Shown here: positions 34,404 through 45,900 of the stretch, one piece after another
Layout: each line of letters starts with the position of its first letter
Numbering within the stretch: position 1 is the first letter of the stretch
DNA from: Gammaproteobacteria bacterium
Lineage (GTDB): Bacteria; Pseudomonadota; Gammaproteobacteria; UBA4575
Assembly: GCA_965215055.1 (NCBI GenBank)
Contig: OZ244046.1
Span: forward strand, 548,233-612,232
Length of the DNA: 64,000 nucleotides
Direction: 5' to 3'
Program-made: the position numbers and the translations under genes
Notes under the pieces: generated by a model
Told to the model about the DNA's origin: nothing
The model's input: only the letters and a program-made list of their open reading frames with translations
Databases searched by the model: none

Positions 34404-34742
34404 CTACGAGACACGCCTGTGGTCACTTCCAACCTGCCACAGTTTTTCCAGGCCATAAAGGCTGCGTGTTTCTTCCAACATGACGTGTACGATAACGTCA
34501 TATAAATCAACCAGCGTCCAGGAGCGGTCCCGCTCCACTCCAAGTATATCCAGCCCCCCCTGCTTTACATCCAGCACCAGCCTGTCGGCCAGCGATTCAA
34601 CGTGGCGGTCTGACGTTCCCGTTACAATAATCATCGTATCGAATACATCAGTCTTGCCGCGCACGTCAATCAATGTAATGTCTTTACCCTTCAAATCCTC
34701 CAATGCATTAACTGCAATTCCTATGACCTTGTCATTTTCCAT
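34404..34742 (-). CDS. rsfS: Ribosome silencing factor
   Basis: EDLKGKDI, TGTSDRHV, WTLVD, HVM...R..YGLEKLW. Confidence 0.94.
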   Translation of the reverse strand: MENDKVIGIAVNALEDLKGKDITLIDVRGKTDVFDTMIIVTGTSDRHVESLADRLVLDVKQGGLDILGVERDRSWTLVDLYDVIVHVMLEETRSLYGLEKLWQVGSDHRRVS

Positions 34743-34748
34743 TATGAT

Positions 34749-35378
34749 TTACTGGTACAAATTATGTCTGCAAATATAGTGCCAAACGCTACCCGGCAAT
34801 ACGTATCTCGGCTGCTCGCCCGCGGCAATGGCCCGTCGAATGGCCGTAGATGAAGCTTCGATCATTTTTTCATTACTTGAATAGATATGACCACTCAACG
34901 TTGCAGAAATTTCCGTAACGTCATTCGTCGCACGCCTATCATACAGCTCTCTTTCACACCCTTGTTCGGAAAGCACGTGCCCGGGACGTTGTAACAACAT
35001 GATGTTACACAGTGACAAAATCGCTTCATATTCGCGCCATTGACAAAAACCTGAAAAGGCATCAACCCCCATAATCAACACTATTGTCTTCCGGTTTTCA
35101 ATCTCGTTGCGCAATCCTCTCAAAGTATCAATCGTATAAGATGGGCCAGGCAGCTTCAGTTCGCGGTCATCGACAACCAGCTTTTCATTTGAGCTTGTTA
35201 CCAGGTTCAACATCTGCCATCGATGCCGGGCACTCGCATACACTTTTTGTTTAACAGGAGACTGTTGGCAGGGAACGAAGCGAATCTGTTCAAAATCAAA
35301 GTGTTCCAATAACGCCAAAGCCGACTTGATATGACCAAAATGGACCGGATCAAACGTACCACCGAAAACGCCTAACAC
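34749..35378 (-). CDS. nadD: Nicotinate-nucleotide adenylyltransferase
   Basis: GGTFDPVHFGH, SYTIDT, MGVD, ASSTAIR. Confidence 0.95.
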   Translation of the reverse strand: MLGVFGGTFDPVHFGHIKSALALLEHFDFEQIRFVPCQQSPVKQKVYASARHRWQMLNLVTSSNEKLVVDDRELKLPGPSYTIDTLRGLRNEIENRKTIVLIMGVDAFSGFCQWREYEAILSLCNIMLLQRPGHVLSEQGCERELYDRRATNDVTEISATLSGHIYSSNEKMIEASSTAIRRAIAAGEQPRYVLPGSVWHYICRHNLYQ

Positions 35379-35411
35379 ACACCTTCCCTGGTATCTTGAG
35401 TCGAACGATGC

Positions 35412-36695
35412 CTACTCACGAATATTCCCATCTCCGACAACAACAAACTTCTGCGTAGTAAGTCCCTCAAGCCCAACGGGACCCCGCGCATGCAGCTTAT
35501 CCGTACTGATACCTATTTCCGCTCCCAGGCCATACTCAAATCCATCGGCAAAACGTGTTGAGGCATTCACGATTACCGAGCTCGAATCAACCTCGCGTAA
35601 AAACTGCTGCGCGACGGCGTCATCCCTCGTAACAATTGCATCAGTATGATGAGAACCGTATTTTTCAATATGCTCCATTGCCTGTGAAAGTCCATCTACA
35701 ACGCGAACAGCCAGGACAGGCCCGAGATATTCCTGGTACCAGTCCTGTTCCGAGGCACTGGATATACCCGGTAAAATCGAGCAGGTCCGGTCGCAACCGC
35801 GCAACTCCACTCCCCTGGGCGCAAATTGACGTTCAAGTTGTGGCAGTATCTCGCTCGCGACAGCCTTGTCTACCAACAAAGTCTCCATGGCATTACAAAC
35901 ACCGAAGCGTTGCGCCTTGGCATTGACCGCGATATCAACGGCTTTGTCCATATCCGCATCTGCGTGAATATAAACGTGACACACGCCATCAAGGTGCTTG
36001 ATTAACGGAATTCGTGAATCCCGTATTACACGCTCGATCAGACCCTTGCCCCCTCGCGGGATAACAACATCAATATACTCACGCGCCTGCAGCAAGGCCT
36101 TAACGGCGTGCCGGTCCGGAGTATTGATCACCTGTGCAATATCCCTGGAGAGACCAGCCTTGGTCAGTCCTGCGTGAATACAACCAGTGATGGCACGATT
36201 AGAGTAAATGGCTTCCGAACCGCCGCGTAAAATGACTGCATTCCCGGACTTGATACACAAAGCCGCGGCATCCGCCGTTACATTAGGGCGCGACTCATAA
36301 ATAATCAGGATAACGCCAAGCGGTACGCGCATCCTGCCGACTTTTATTCCACTGGGCCGTGGTTGCAACTCGCTGATCTCGCCAACGGGATCAGGCAAGG
36401 CCGCTACCTGTTGCAGACCTTCCGCCATCGCCTGTATACGTGCATCAGTCAGCTCAAGACGATCCAGCAGGGCGTCACCAAGCCCGCCTTGCCTGCCTGC
36501 GTCCAGATCCCGCGCATTCTGCTGCTTGAGCGTCTCGCCTGATGCAAGTATTTGCTCGGCTACGCGCAACAGCGCCTGGTTTTTTTTATCCGTGTCCGCG
36601 CAGGCAATATCCCGACTTGCAGACGCGGCACGCTGCGTGACGTCAGCAATATAGTCATCAATGGAATCGACTTGATCTTTTGCGAGCACGTCCAT
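35412..36695 (-). CDS. proA: Glutamate-5-semialdehyde dehydrogenase
   Basis: [41 protein letters not shown]. Confidence 0.97.
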   Translation of the reverse strand: MDVLAKDQVDSIDDYIADVTQRAASASRDIACADTDKKNQALLRVAEQILASGETLKQQNARDLDAGRQGGLGDALLDRLELTDARIQAMAEGLQQVAALPDPVGEISELQPRPSGIKVGRMRVPLGVILIIYESRPNVTADAAALCIKSGNAVILRGGSEAIYSNRAITGCIHAGLTKAGLSRDIAQVINTPDRHAVKALLQAREYIDVVIPRGGKGLIERVIRDSRIPLIKHLDGVCHVYIHADADMDKAVDIAVNAKAQRFGVCNAMETLLVDKAVASEILPQLERQFAPRGVELRGCDRTCSILPGISSASEQDWYQEYLGPVLAVRVVDGLSQAMEHIEKYGSHHTDAIVTRDDAVAQQFLREVDSSSVIVNASTRFADGFEYGLGAEIGISTDKLHARGPVGLEGLTTQKFVVVGDGNIRE

Positions 36696-36718
36696 ACAAA
36701 AACTATCCAGGTTCTAAT

Positions 36719-37723
36719 CTACGCCGCACCAGTTGCAGCAATACCCAGTTGCAGCAGTTCATGCCAGGGATCACCGCCTGCACGGCCCTTTATTACGCGG
36801 TCCACCCAGGCGCATTGCTTGAGCAAATCCGGGGGACCAGGGCGTCTCCCTGCACTGCGCACACCGATACTTTGCTGGTGCATGAGGGTTTGTCGAGCCA
36901 GTCCATCACGCCTTTCCGACCTCCTGTTCCCCGGAGGCGTATTTCCCGTTTCCGTCATCTGCCTGACCTGTTCCGTAAGACCCCATAACAGCAGGGGCGG
37001 CGCGACACCCTCTCTTTTAAGCCCGTACCAGACACGGATTACTCGTGATACGTCCTTTTTCCTCACTGCATCCGTCAACTCGTTCAACGAATAACGACTG
37101 CTGTCCGTCAACGCTGCCTCTATGGCGTGCAGGTCCAGTTCTTTCGCTTGGTCAATCAAGGCAATCTTTTCAACTTCCTGCATCGCGGCAAGTAAATTTC
37201 CCTCGGCCTGCTGCGCGATCAAGGCAACAATATCATCCGTAAAGGAAAACCCCTTGGAACTCAGTGCCTGCCCGATCAGGTTCCTGGTCTCCCTTTCACT
37301 GGTTGGCCACACGCGCAGTATACCGCCAACTTTATCAACAGCCTTGGCCCATGCCGCGTTCAGGGTGTTGCGATCCATCCTCGGCGCCTGGATTAAAAGC
37401 ATGACATCCTGGTGGAGATGATCAGTAAAATTCACGATAGCCTTTGAACCTTCCGTCCCAATCTTGCTCGTCGGAAGGCGCAAATCAATTAAAACGCGCT
37501 CACTGAACAACGACAGGTTGTCTTTTGCAAATGCCAACTCGTTCCAGTCAAATTCAGGCTCGGCGAAAAACGCCTTGCGTTCAGTAAACCCCAGCTTCCT
37601 GGCACGGGCACGAAACATATCGGATGCCTGCATGTGCTGGTACGGCTCATCACCGCTAACGAGCAAAACAGGAATTGACGATCGATCGAGATGATTTTTC
37701 AGTTGCGGGAATTTGATTTGCAT
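36719..37723 (-). CDS. holA: DNA polymerase III delta subunit
   Basis: SGDEP, SLFSER, EGNLLAAMQEVEK, DRVIKG...PW; holA-proA-nadD synteny. Confidence 0.9.
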   Translation of the reverse strand: MQIKFPQLKNHLDRSSIPVLLVSGDEPYQHMQASDMFRARARKLGFTERKAFFAEPEFDWNELAFAKDNLSLFSERVLIDLRLPTSKIGTEGSKAIVNFTDHLHQDVMLLIQAPRMDRNTLNAAWAKAVDKVGGILRVWPTSERETRNLIGQALSSKGFSFTDDIVALIAQQAEGNLLAAMQEVEKIALIDQAKELDLHAIEAALTDSSRYSLNELTDAVRKKDVSRVIRVWYGLKREGVAPPLLLWGLTEQVRQMTETGNTPPGNRRSERRDGLARQTLMHQQSIGVRSAGRRPGPPDLLKQCAWVDRVIKGRAGGDPWHELLQLGIAATGAA

Positions 37724-37802
37724 AGAGCTAACAGCCCGGTATTCGTTTCTACGCTACCGTACTATCCGTACATGTTACCACATACTATAAAAAGCCCCGC
37801 GC

Positions 37803-38819
37803 TCACAAGAACCCCTCCCCTGCATGATCCTTGAACGAGTCCGCGTCGCGGATATACTTCATCACCGTTGCCGGATTGGTATGCCGTGTTATTTCCATAA
37901 TCTTGTCCAGACGTGCACCGTGTGCCGCGGCACTAGTTACAAAACCTGCGCGTAAAGAATGACCTGCAAGCTCCCTGGGATTTAATCCAATCGCCTCGCC
38001 ATAGTGTTTTACCAGGCGGGGAACGTCCGAGGTATGCATCGGCAGGCCACGCAGACGGTTACCACGCTTTAACGTCTGGAACAGATACCCTTGCGTGATA
38101 CCGCTTTCTTTGAGCCAGAGGCGCAGGCGCGTCATGGGCTTGATGTGCTTGCCATCCAGAACGGCCACCTTGTGCCCCTTGCCTGCCTGGTCGGTCTTGG
38201 ACTTGCGGATGTGTACAAACATTTTCTTTTCAAACAGCACGACATTGCCTTGTTTCCTGCGCACAAACTCCACGTCGCCAGTCGTGAGTGCGCAAAGTTC
38301 GGCACGCCGCAAGGCCGCAGCAAAGCCAAGCGCAAGTATCGCGGCGTCCCGCAAGCCAACCAGGCGGCGTGCAGGATCACGACTGACCGCATCGCACACT
38401 TCGAGCATTTTGATAACGTGATGCTCACGCAAGGCTTTCACCCGGCGCGGCGGCTTGCCGTGTAACCGCATCAGGCCTTTCATTACGGCCTTGACGTGTG
38501 GATGCTGGGTAGGCGAGGTCTCTCCCGCGTCCTGGTAGTACCAGTTAATCGCACTCATAAACACCTGCACTGTACTCACGGACAAGGTCTTGCCCATGCG
38601 CCAGTACCGGGAGCTTTGCCTGATGGGCTGCATTGCAGATTGAATTAAAAAATCTGCAACCTCTTCAGGCGTTGCCTTTAGTGGCTTGATACCTTCTGTT
38701 TTGCAGTAGGCCGTGAAACTCCGCCACCCCTTGGCATACGCCAAGCGCGTGTTCTCTGCCATGGAGTTCGAAAGTATCTCTGCGTGAAAGTCTTTGGTCG
38801 GATACGTGGTTCTTGTCAT
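37803..38819 (-). CDS. Cre-like site-specific tyrosine recombinase/integrase
   Basis: N-terminal NTRLAY...W..F binding domain; catalytic set RDAAIL...ALRRAEL (R), KSKTDQ (K), GHSLRAG (HxxR), TRH (H), MKY (Y); ATG 38819 after GAAGGG (ORF track starts at 38852). Confidence 0.92.
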   Translation of the reverse strand: MTRTTYPTKDFHAEILSNSMAENTRLAYAKGWRSFTAYCKTEGIKPLKATPEEVADFLIQSAMQPIRQSSRYWRMGKTLSVSTVQVFMSAINWYYQDAGETSPTQHPHVKAVMKGLMRLHGKPPRRVKALREHHVIKMLEVCDAVSRDPARRLVGLRDAAILALGFAAALRRAELCALTTGDVEFVRRKQGNVVLFEKKMFVHIRKSKTDQAGKGHKVAVLDGKHIKPMTRLRLWLKESGITQGYLFQTLKRGNRLRGLPMHTSDVPRLVKHYGEAIGLNPRELAGHSLRAGFVTSAAAHGARLDKIMEITRHTNPATVMKYIRDADSFKDHAGEGFL

Positions 38820-38905
38820 CTTGGACCCTTCTTGAAAATTGCTGGGGTCCAAAATCTAACCGCCTGAACGACACGGTTATTTCCCATCTACCGAGGAATT
38901 TTAAC

Positions 38906-38938
38906 CAGTTATAACTGTGCTTTTATTATTGACAATAA
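38906..38938. promoter_or_regulatory. Palindromes upstream of the recombinase (candidate binding/recombination sites)
   Basis: Perfect CAGTTATAACTG at 38906-38917 and TTATTG-A-CAATAA at 38926-38938. Confidence 0.35.
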
Positions 38939-39022
38939 GACAAAATAGACACTGGTCAAGAAAGGCCTTAAATCTACCAAGATTACTACCCACATTGTGC
39001 GGAAAAGAGATTAGTCTTCTGA

Positions 39023-42000
39023 CTATTGCCCCAAAGCGTGCTCGATAACCCGCCCCAGGCAATCAGGATCATCGTTTAGAAAGTAGACACCCTTTTGTTC
39101 CCATTCATTTTGTGAACGCAACTCGTCGCCGATTTCTCCAGGTGATGTAACGGACAGGACATAAGCGTGCAGATGTATGTCTGGGTCGGTCTCGCGTACC
39201 TGATTCTCGACTTCCTTGATCCCAGCGTGCAATCGTACTTTCTCGCGCGCCCTTCGACCGTATCGAACCAAACCCTTTGGATCCAGGAAAACAACATGTT
39301 GTTCGTCGCTGCTCTTCAGCCAGACAATAAAATCGGGGTAGTAGCCAAAGTCATCGAAAAACGACACGCCTCGGCTGCGTGTCAAGTTACGAATCAGGAA
39401 CAACTCCCGGTTATGCAGACGAGGGTCGCCATTCTTGGCTAGTGCCGCCAGCTTCTCGACCACTTTCTTTTCATTCTCATCCAAAGGAACCGGCTGGACC
39501 GTAACCTTGCAGTCCTTCCCTGCATACAACAGTGGCTTGTAGGCATGAACATCGGGCAGGATAACACCGAGTTTAAGACGATGGTAATCTCTTTCCTGAA
39601 CGTACGCTGCCAACTCGTGGACATCTTTGATCAGTTCGGTTTGCGTCGCGTCCACCAACAGTTCGTAAGCACCGATATTGTTTGGATCATTCTCGTCCAG
39701 TGTCACCACTTCGATCTTGTCGTGCTCCCATTGTCGCCGCTCCCTGCGCCAGAACTGATCGGCATACTCGGTAATGAGATCGATAGCCACGTCTTCCAAA
39801 GCATACACTCGTTGGAATTCAGTCACACTCAGCAATTCAGGCGGTGCGTAGAGATCGTACCATTCATCGCTTTCCAGCAAACGACCCACGGTCTCCGGCT
39901 CAATGACCAAGTTATGCCATTCTTTCTGTCGTTTTCGTATCAACAGCTTGTCATATATGCGAGTCCTATCAAAAAAGGCGACATGCTTAGGATGGAGCTT
40001 GACCGAATTTTTCTTCATCCTTCCAATCACACCATCGTCGGATGATACAGATTGTAGCCGTGAATACATATCCAGCGTCACACGGGGATGATTCTTAGCA
40101 TCAGGACCAGGCAGGACAGGCCGCTTATCCGAAGACTTGTATTTTAGGTGCTCCTTCAGCCGTATCAGCTTCAGGTTCTTCTTTGCAAAGTTCCAGGTGA
40201 CAGGTAATGGGACAACTTCCCGCTCAACAGAAATCCCTTCCCTCTTCAACAAATCCTGGAACGCCTGCATGTAGTTGGCGCGTAGTCCGAAGATGTGCAG
40301 GGTCTCCAACGCTGCAAGGTCTACACTATCTACAGGTAGTTCCGCTCCACTTTCGCGATGCCGTTTCAGGCTCATGTTCCAGCCCTTCAGGCGCACGCCA
40401 CGCCCAAACATCTGGATAATTTCCGGCCCTTCACCGACACCGACGTGCATCAGCCCCATTGTACTCACCCGCCAGGAATTCCAGCCAGCAATAAAACGGC
40501 GTGCGCCGATGACAATGTTTACCATCGAGTCCGACCGGTCCACGTCTGCAAAAAGTCGCTTTGCAAAGCCAGTTTCTCGCTCGATGTCGATGTCAGGATT
40601 AGCAGTATCGGCAAGTAGTTTGTAGAGTGCAGCTGAGTCTCCGACATTAACCACACCGAAGGGAACATTATCGGCAGTCCGCAGGTGCAATTCACCTTCA
40701 CCAGAAGTGAGATAGCGGACATGCAACTTCCCCTGTCCATGAAACAGAGTCTCGCAAATATCAGTGTAGATATTGCCTGAGTGGCCGCTCTCCAGTTGAC
40801 CAAACCGGCCAGTAAAAAAATCATGACCAGCGTTGTCGGTCAGCCCCGATTCACCGGCAAGCAGACAATCAATCATAGGACGCGCTTGCTCAGCATGAGC
40901 CAGCACCCAACCAATAAAGTCCAGAATCCGGACGACATCCGACTTGGCTTCTTGATCAGCATTGCTTGAACCCGTCACGGTCTTGCCGAGAAATACCCAC
41001 AGTGGTTTGGCCAGATTGAAATTCGTCCACTCAGCGCCCTTGTCCCGCCAGATACGACACTGCTGGTAGAAGGTCAGCAAGCAGCCAAGAAGATACATAT
41101 TGCTGTTTGCGTCTTCCATACCCTTCGGCAGGTTGGAAATTATGTAATCCTTGCCGTAGCCATCCTTGTGAAACTGACGGTAAGCGTAATCAAACAACAG
41201 ACTTTTACCGTAGGCATTCAATAACTCGGTATCTCTCTTCACTATTTGATTGAAGGTAGCTGAATATTCGAACGTGAATCCGCCACGAGATAACTCCTTG
41301 CGCCGCTCGCGCCACACCTTGCCCGATGCACCCAGGTGCCCCTCATCGACCAGCACCAAGTTGTTATCACCAAAATCCCCCACGGCTACACGTTTGATCC
41401 CCTTCTTTTCGGCCAGTTTATTAAGGTCAATAATCTCGATATGTGAAAATAGGTCGGCATTTACATCAGCCGAAAACAACCGTGCTCTCAAGCCACTTTC
41501 TCGCATTTCTCGTTCATGCTGCCCCGACATCTGCTCATTCGGTGTCAACAGAATAATGTTATTGAGTCGTCCGCCAGAACATTTCAGGTAGTGTTGGTAC
41601 TGCAGGACGTGGGCGTGCATGATGAGCGTCTTACCGGAACCCGTCGCACTCTGGAAAGCAATAGTGCGAAGATCATCTTGTGTATAGTCCGGCATGGCGT
41701 GAGCCAACTGGTTCTCGCGTTTCGCCTCGTTCAAATCGGCACAGAGTGCCTCAGAGTCGCTGAAATAACGGCTGAGGTAATGCTCGGTGAACAGCAGGGC
41801 AAGATACTGATGGGGCTTCCATCCCCGCCCATGTTCGCCGGTCATGCGCAGCTTGTGACTGTGCGCCACTATGTTCTCGTCGTATGTGGAAAACTGGTCA
41901 GACGTAACCTTGGCGCGCGCCGGGCTCAGATAGAGAGCACATGCATATTCACTCTCGCTGCCAACACCAAGCTCAGTGGGCGCATCGCGCAGCCGGGCGA

Positions 42001-42073
42001 GTATATCGGACATATCATCATAGCCAAACTCTTGACAGACGAAACGATGCAAAACGAGGCGATTTGCAAGCAC
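39023..42073 (-). CDS. res: Type III restriction enzyme Res subunit (SF2 helicase + PD-(D/E)xK nuclease)
   Basis: ATGSGKT Walker A, DEGH, YSATF, GWNSWRVS, QMFGRGVRL motif VI, YYPDFIVW...FLDPKG nuclease. Confidence 0.92.
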   Translation of the reverse strand: MLANRLVLHRFVCQEFGYDDMSDILARLRDAPTELGVGSESEYACALYLSPARAKVTSDQFSTYDENIVAHSHKLRMTGEHGRGWKPHQYLALLFTEHYLSRYFSDSEALCADLNEAKRENQLAHAMPDYTQDDLRTIAFQSATGSGKTLIMHAHVLQYQHYLKCSGGRLNNIILLTPNEQMSGQHEREMRESGLRARLFSADVNADLFSHIEIIDLNKLAEKKGIKRVAVGDFGDNNLVLVDEGHLGASGKVWRERRKELSRGGFTFEYSATFNQIVKRDTELLNAYGKSLLFDYAYRQFHKDGYGKDYIISNLPKGMEDANSNMYLLGCLLTFYQQCRIWRDKGAEWTNFNLAKPLWVFLGKTVTGSSNADQEAKSDVVRILDFIGWVLAHAEQARPMIDCLLAGESGLTDNAGHDFFTGRFGQLESGHSGNIYTDICETLFHGQGKLHVRYLTSGEGELHLRTADNVPFGVVNVGDSAALYKLLADTANPDIDIERETGFAKRLFADVDRSDSMVNIVIGARRFIAGWNSWRVSTMGLMHVGVGEGPEIIQMFGRGVRLKGWNMSLKRHRESGAELPVDSVDLAALETLHIFGLRANYMQAFQDLLKREGISVEREVVPLPVTWNFAKKNLKLIRLKEHLKYKSSDKRPVLPGPDAKNHPRVTLDMYSRLQSVSSDDGVIGRMKKNSVKLHPKHVAFFDRTRIYDKLLIRKRQKEWHNLVIEPETVGRLLESDEWYDLYAPPELLSVTEFQRVYALEDVAIDLITEYADQFWRRERRQWEHDKIEVVTLDENDPNNIGAYELLVDATQTELIKDVHELAAYVQERDYHRLKLGVILPDVHAYKPLLYAGKDCKVTVQPVPLDENEKKVVEKLAALAKNGDPRLHNRELFLIRNLTRSRGVSFFDDFGYYPDFIVWLKSSDEQHVVFLDPKGLVRYGRRAREKVRLHAGIKEVENQVRETDPDIHLHAYVLSVTSPGEIGDELRSQNEWEQKGVYFLNDDPDCLGRVIEHALGQ

Positions 42074-42075
42074 TG

Positions 42076-42972
42076 TTATTCAGTACCTGTTTTCCGTTCT
42101 TTAGCTTGCCGATATTTTTCGGAGATATAGGCGGAGAGGGACGCACAGGCCCCGTACATAAACAGGGCGTCCTCTAGGCCGACATTCGAGACATCTTCGA
42201 ACACTAGTGGGTGACGTATGCCTTTTTCAGTATTGGTATAGGCGTAAATTTTTTCAATCCCAGCTTTAAGCTGCCTATTGATAAGATTCTTCCTTTCAAG
42301 AGCATTTAACGCCTCACCAAGTGTTTTTGATTTTAGGTCAATTCGGCGAGCAACAGATTCAACCGCACCAATGCTGTCACTGGCCGAGTCTGCATACTGT
42401 TGTGCGTCGATATGCTCTGCCGCTTGACGAAACTGTGCTGTGGCACTATCCATATCTCTTTCACAGAGAGTTTTAATGGCCTGTTGTGTTGCCTCTCCAG
42501 CTTCACGGCTAAATCGCGGTCTAATGGTAGGATGCCCATTTTTATCATCCACAAAATAAGAGACGGGAACTTTATCGAAGGCATTAACAAGATCCTCACG
42601 CAACTTTTCTGAACAGCATTCATGCCGCAAAATGAATTCAATCAAGGTCAGGACTTGATGGTACTTCCCTTCCGTTATGTGTCCTTTCAAAAAGTCGTAG
42701 GACCTTCTTGGGGTATAACTTCCTATCTCATCATGAAATTTTTGAGAGATCTGAAATTCGTATGAAGTAATAATGATGCCTATGTTACTCTTTTCGTTCT
42801 TCCAAGCATCACCATAAGACGATGCGGCGATTTCTATCTCTAAGTAAAGCCATACACCCTGTCTAAATTTTTTTGGGATATGTCTCAATTGCATAGGCTT
42901 GGGCAGTGGAGCTTCGCCTTCTCGCTGTGAGAAGGTCAGCTTGTTAAAATCATCATTGTTTTTGTACGTCAT
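42076..42972 (-). CDS. AbiJ-like protein (AbiJ-NTD4-type N-terminus, putative HEPN-like C-terminus)
   Basis: TFSQREG N-terminal motif; helical C-terminus with S...AVESVAR...KTLGEAL...IYAYTN..KGIRH...DALFM..AC; recognised from memory of the family, not searched. Confidence 0.65.
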   Translation of the reverse strand: MTYKNNDDFNKLTFSQREGEAPLPKPMQLRHIPKKFRQGVWLYLEIEIAASSYGDAWKNEKSNIGIIITSYEFQISQKFHDEIGSYTPRRSYDFLKGHITEGKYHQVLTLIEFILRHECCSEKLREDLVNAFDKVPVSYFVDDKNGHPTIRPRFSREAGEATQQAIKTLCERDMDSATAQFRQAAEHIDAQQYADSASDSIGAVESVARRIDLKSKTLGEALNALERKNLINRQLKAGIEKIYAYTNTEKGIRHPLVFEDVSNVGLEDALFMYGACASLSAYISEKYRQAKERKTGTE

Positions 42973-45900
42973 TGTACCCTCTCCTCAAACATTAACTCCC
43001 GAAAGAGAGGCTCAATAGTCTCGGCAGTCCAAGTTTCATCATGTGGTCTGACAGCATTCAGGGTGTGGTCGCCGTTGGTGTAAATGAGATCAAGTGATTC
43101 AGGAAGCTGCGCCCGATTGCGACCAAACCATGCATCCAGCGTAGTGTTGTCCACTTTCTCAAGATCGCGCCAGAGTATCAGACAGCGTCTCCCCTCTGCA
43201 TCCGTGCCCGTGATGGCGAGCACACCTTCGACCCGGCGACGGGACTTGACCCGCAAGCCAATCAGGTAATTGAAGGTTTCGGGCAGGTCCACCGGAACTT
43301 CGCTACGTGCGCCTTCGCGCACCACGGAGAGGGTGTAAGCAAAGGGATTGACAAAATTCTTCCCCAGCAGACAAGGACTGGAAGCTGTCTCTACACCAAG
43401 TGCGTAGCGCAACTGATAGTCTTCTGCCAGTTTGGAGTCCGCTAGGAGATCGCCGGCAGGCGGTGTCAGTTCAAGGCTGTCCAGCGTGTCCTCATAAGAC
43501 TCCAGGCGAACATATTTGAAAAACTGTGTACTCCCTTTGCGTGAAACTGGTTTACCACCTTTCCAGCTTGGTGAATAGACGACCTTTTTCATTCGCGGTA
43601 ACAGCACTGTATCGAAGTGCTTGCCCATTTCGACCAGGAGAAACTTGCGATGGCCCTCATCTTCTCGATTGAGATTGATGACCGCATGGCCAGTTGTGCC
43701 GGAACCAGCAAAATAGTCAAGTGCGTATGAGTCTGTCCATGAGTGCGTAACACTTTTTATCAAGTATCGTATAAGTTTCTCAGGTTTGGGATTTTCAAAA
43801 ATGTCGTTATTAAAAAGATTGATAATCTGCTGAGAGGCATCTTCATTTGTCTCCATTTCATAATGAATTGGGGACAGAATATTTTTCATCTTTTTTATTT
43901 CCTTTCCTTGCTTAATATGATTGGGCCGAAAAGGAACTTTACTAATGTACATCTCATCTCCTGAAGCCAGGATTTCATCTAACTTACTTTGAGAATACCG
44001 CCACTCACCTTCAATTCGAAAAGTATCTTTATTAAATCCACTATGTACAACGACATCATCCAAGAGACGTGTAACAATTGCCCCTTTAGACATATCTTGA
44101 GCTCGATAAACCCCGTCTTTGCATCCAAATTTCACAGACTCAGCAGGAAATGTAAGGATACTGAGCGGGTTGCCCGCATTATTCAGCGGTGTAAGCTTCC
44201 CTTCTGTTGTGGTTTCAATAGAGTAGGAGGGGCTTGCCACTGCATTCCGATTGAACGCTAGGATGAAATCTGTCAGTTTTCCTATGTTTCGATGTAGAAA
44301 AGATGGCTTTTTTTTCTTTTCCCAAATAACTTCCGAGGCAAAATTTTCAGCACCATAGGTTTCTCCCATACATAGCCACGCACGAGCAGCCTCAATTTCA
44401 TCAATGGAAAAAAAGAATACGCCCGAAGATGCCTGTAGTTTCCTGGCAATTTCAGTTCGATTTACAAACATCGATATCCATGATGAGTGCTGGTAACAAT
44501 CCTTATAGATGAAGCCATCAGAACCCGTATTGTACGGTGGGTCAATGTAGATACACTGCACCTGCTCTTTATACCGTGCTTGAAGCAAGACCAACGCTTG
44601 AAAATTTTCGCCATGCACCAGCAGTCCGTTCGATTGCTCATCCAGTGACCCAGCATCAGACAACGCTGCCAACAACCTGTCAGTGAAGTCTTGGCTGAAA
44701 TGCCGCGTATCCAGTACAAGAAAAGGGTTTGATTTCAAAAAATCTACATTCAGCGGACCGGTGTAGCCCGTGTCGCCGTTTCCCAAGTCACTGGCAATCT
44801 CGTCGAGGGCGAATAACCTTGTCCATTCCTTATGTTGTGCCGTATTAGCAATGATTTCGGGATAGAGCATCTCCGGGACCCTGTCCAACGTTACACACCA
44901 GTGCGTTTCCAGCACGAATTTCTTCTTCAGCCAGAGTTGCTTCTGAAAATTCTCCAGTTGCGCCAAGAAAATGATAATTTTCTCGGCCACGTGGCGGACA
45001 GCGCGCATACGTGCCAGAGCGCGACGTAACTGAGCTGTATTCCCCAGTGCCAGATCATCAAGACTCAGTACCTCATTCTTCAGGTACAGGTCCAGTTCAC
45101 GATGCAGGAAGCCACCCAGATCCTTGTGTATGAAATAGTCGAAGCTATTCTTGGCTGTGTATGCGGACAGATGTTTATCCAGCACAGTCCGGTCTGAACT
45201 ATTCTCAGTAGGTGCGAGTGTAGCAAGCGGGGCCACCCAGTCCGGTTGCAAGACTTTCAAGATTTGTTCACGGGCTGCTTCGTTGACCTGCTCCTGTTGC
45301 CGTTTCCCTGGATACTTATTTTTTTCGCCATCCGTCAATGGACGGTGTTCGAAACGGATGATCAGATCATCGCCTTTGACAGCAATGGTGTTCTCACCAC
45401 GGGCAAGTATGAAACGACGCTGCTTACCGCTGGCTTCTTTGATGTTATCCCTTTCGTTGTCGGCATTTTCAACCTCGAAACGCACACGCCGACCGTCCCC
45501 GACCTTGAACACATAGGAGGAGTAGTTCTCCGTCGTTTTGATGTAATACTGATCAGCATTGGCCCAATGCAACTTCACCTCTTCACCATCGTAGGGGATT
45601 AGGTAGGTTGATTGCCCACCGCCAGAGTAACGGCGCAACGACATGAAGTCGCCCCCATCGTAATAGCGGGAAAAGAAATTAACGAGATGGTTATAGACAT
45701 CTGTTTCGGCTTCCGCATCTGCCCGCGCTTCGGCTAGTTGCTGATTTAGTTCAGTAACCCTTGGAGCGGTTTCAGGATCGACACCCAAATTGCGGGCGGC
45801 CACCTTCGCACCCTCAAGCTCTCGTTCCAATGCTGCCCGCTCTTCACTAGCAATCCCCGCCAATGTCGTCTTCACCTGTGGCAACAGGTCGTTATCGAGA

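Noticed and set aside
44308-44315. A8 run in mod as a phasevarion switch
   Set aside because: Short, encodes a Lys run and the gene is in frame; not a typical mod simple-sequence repeat
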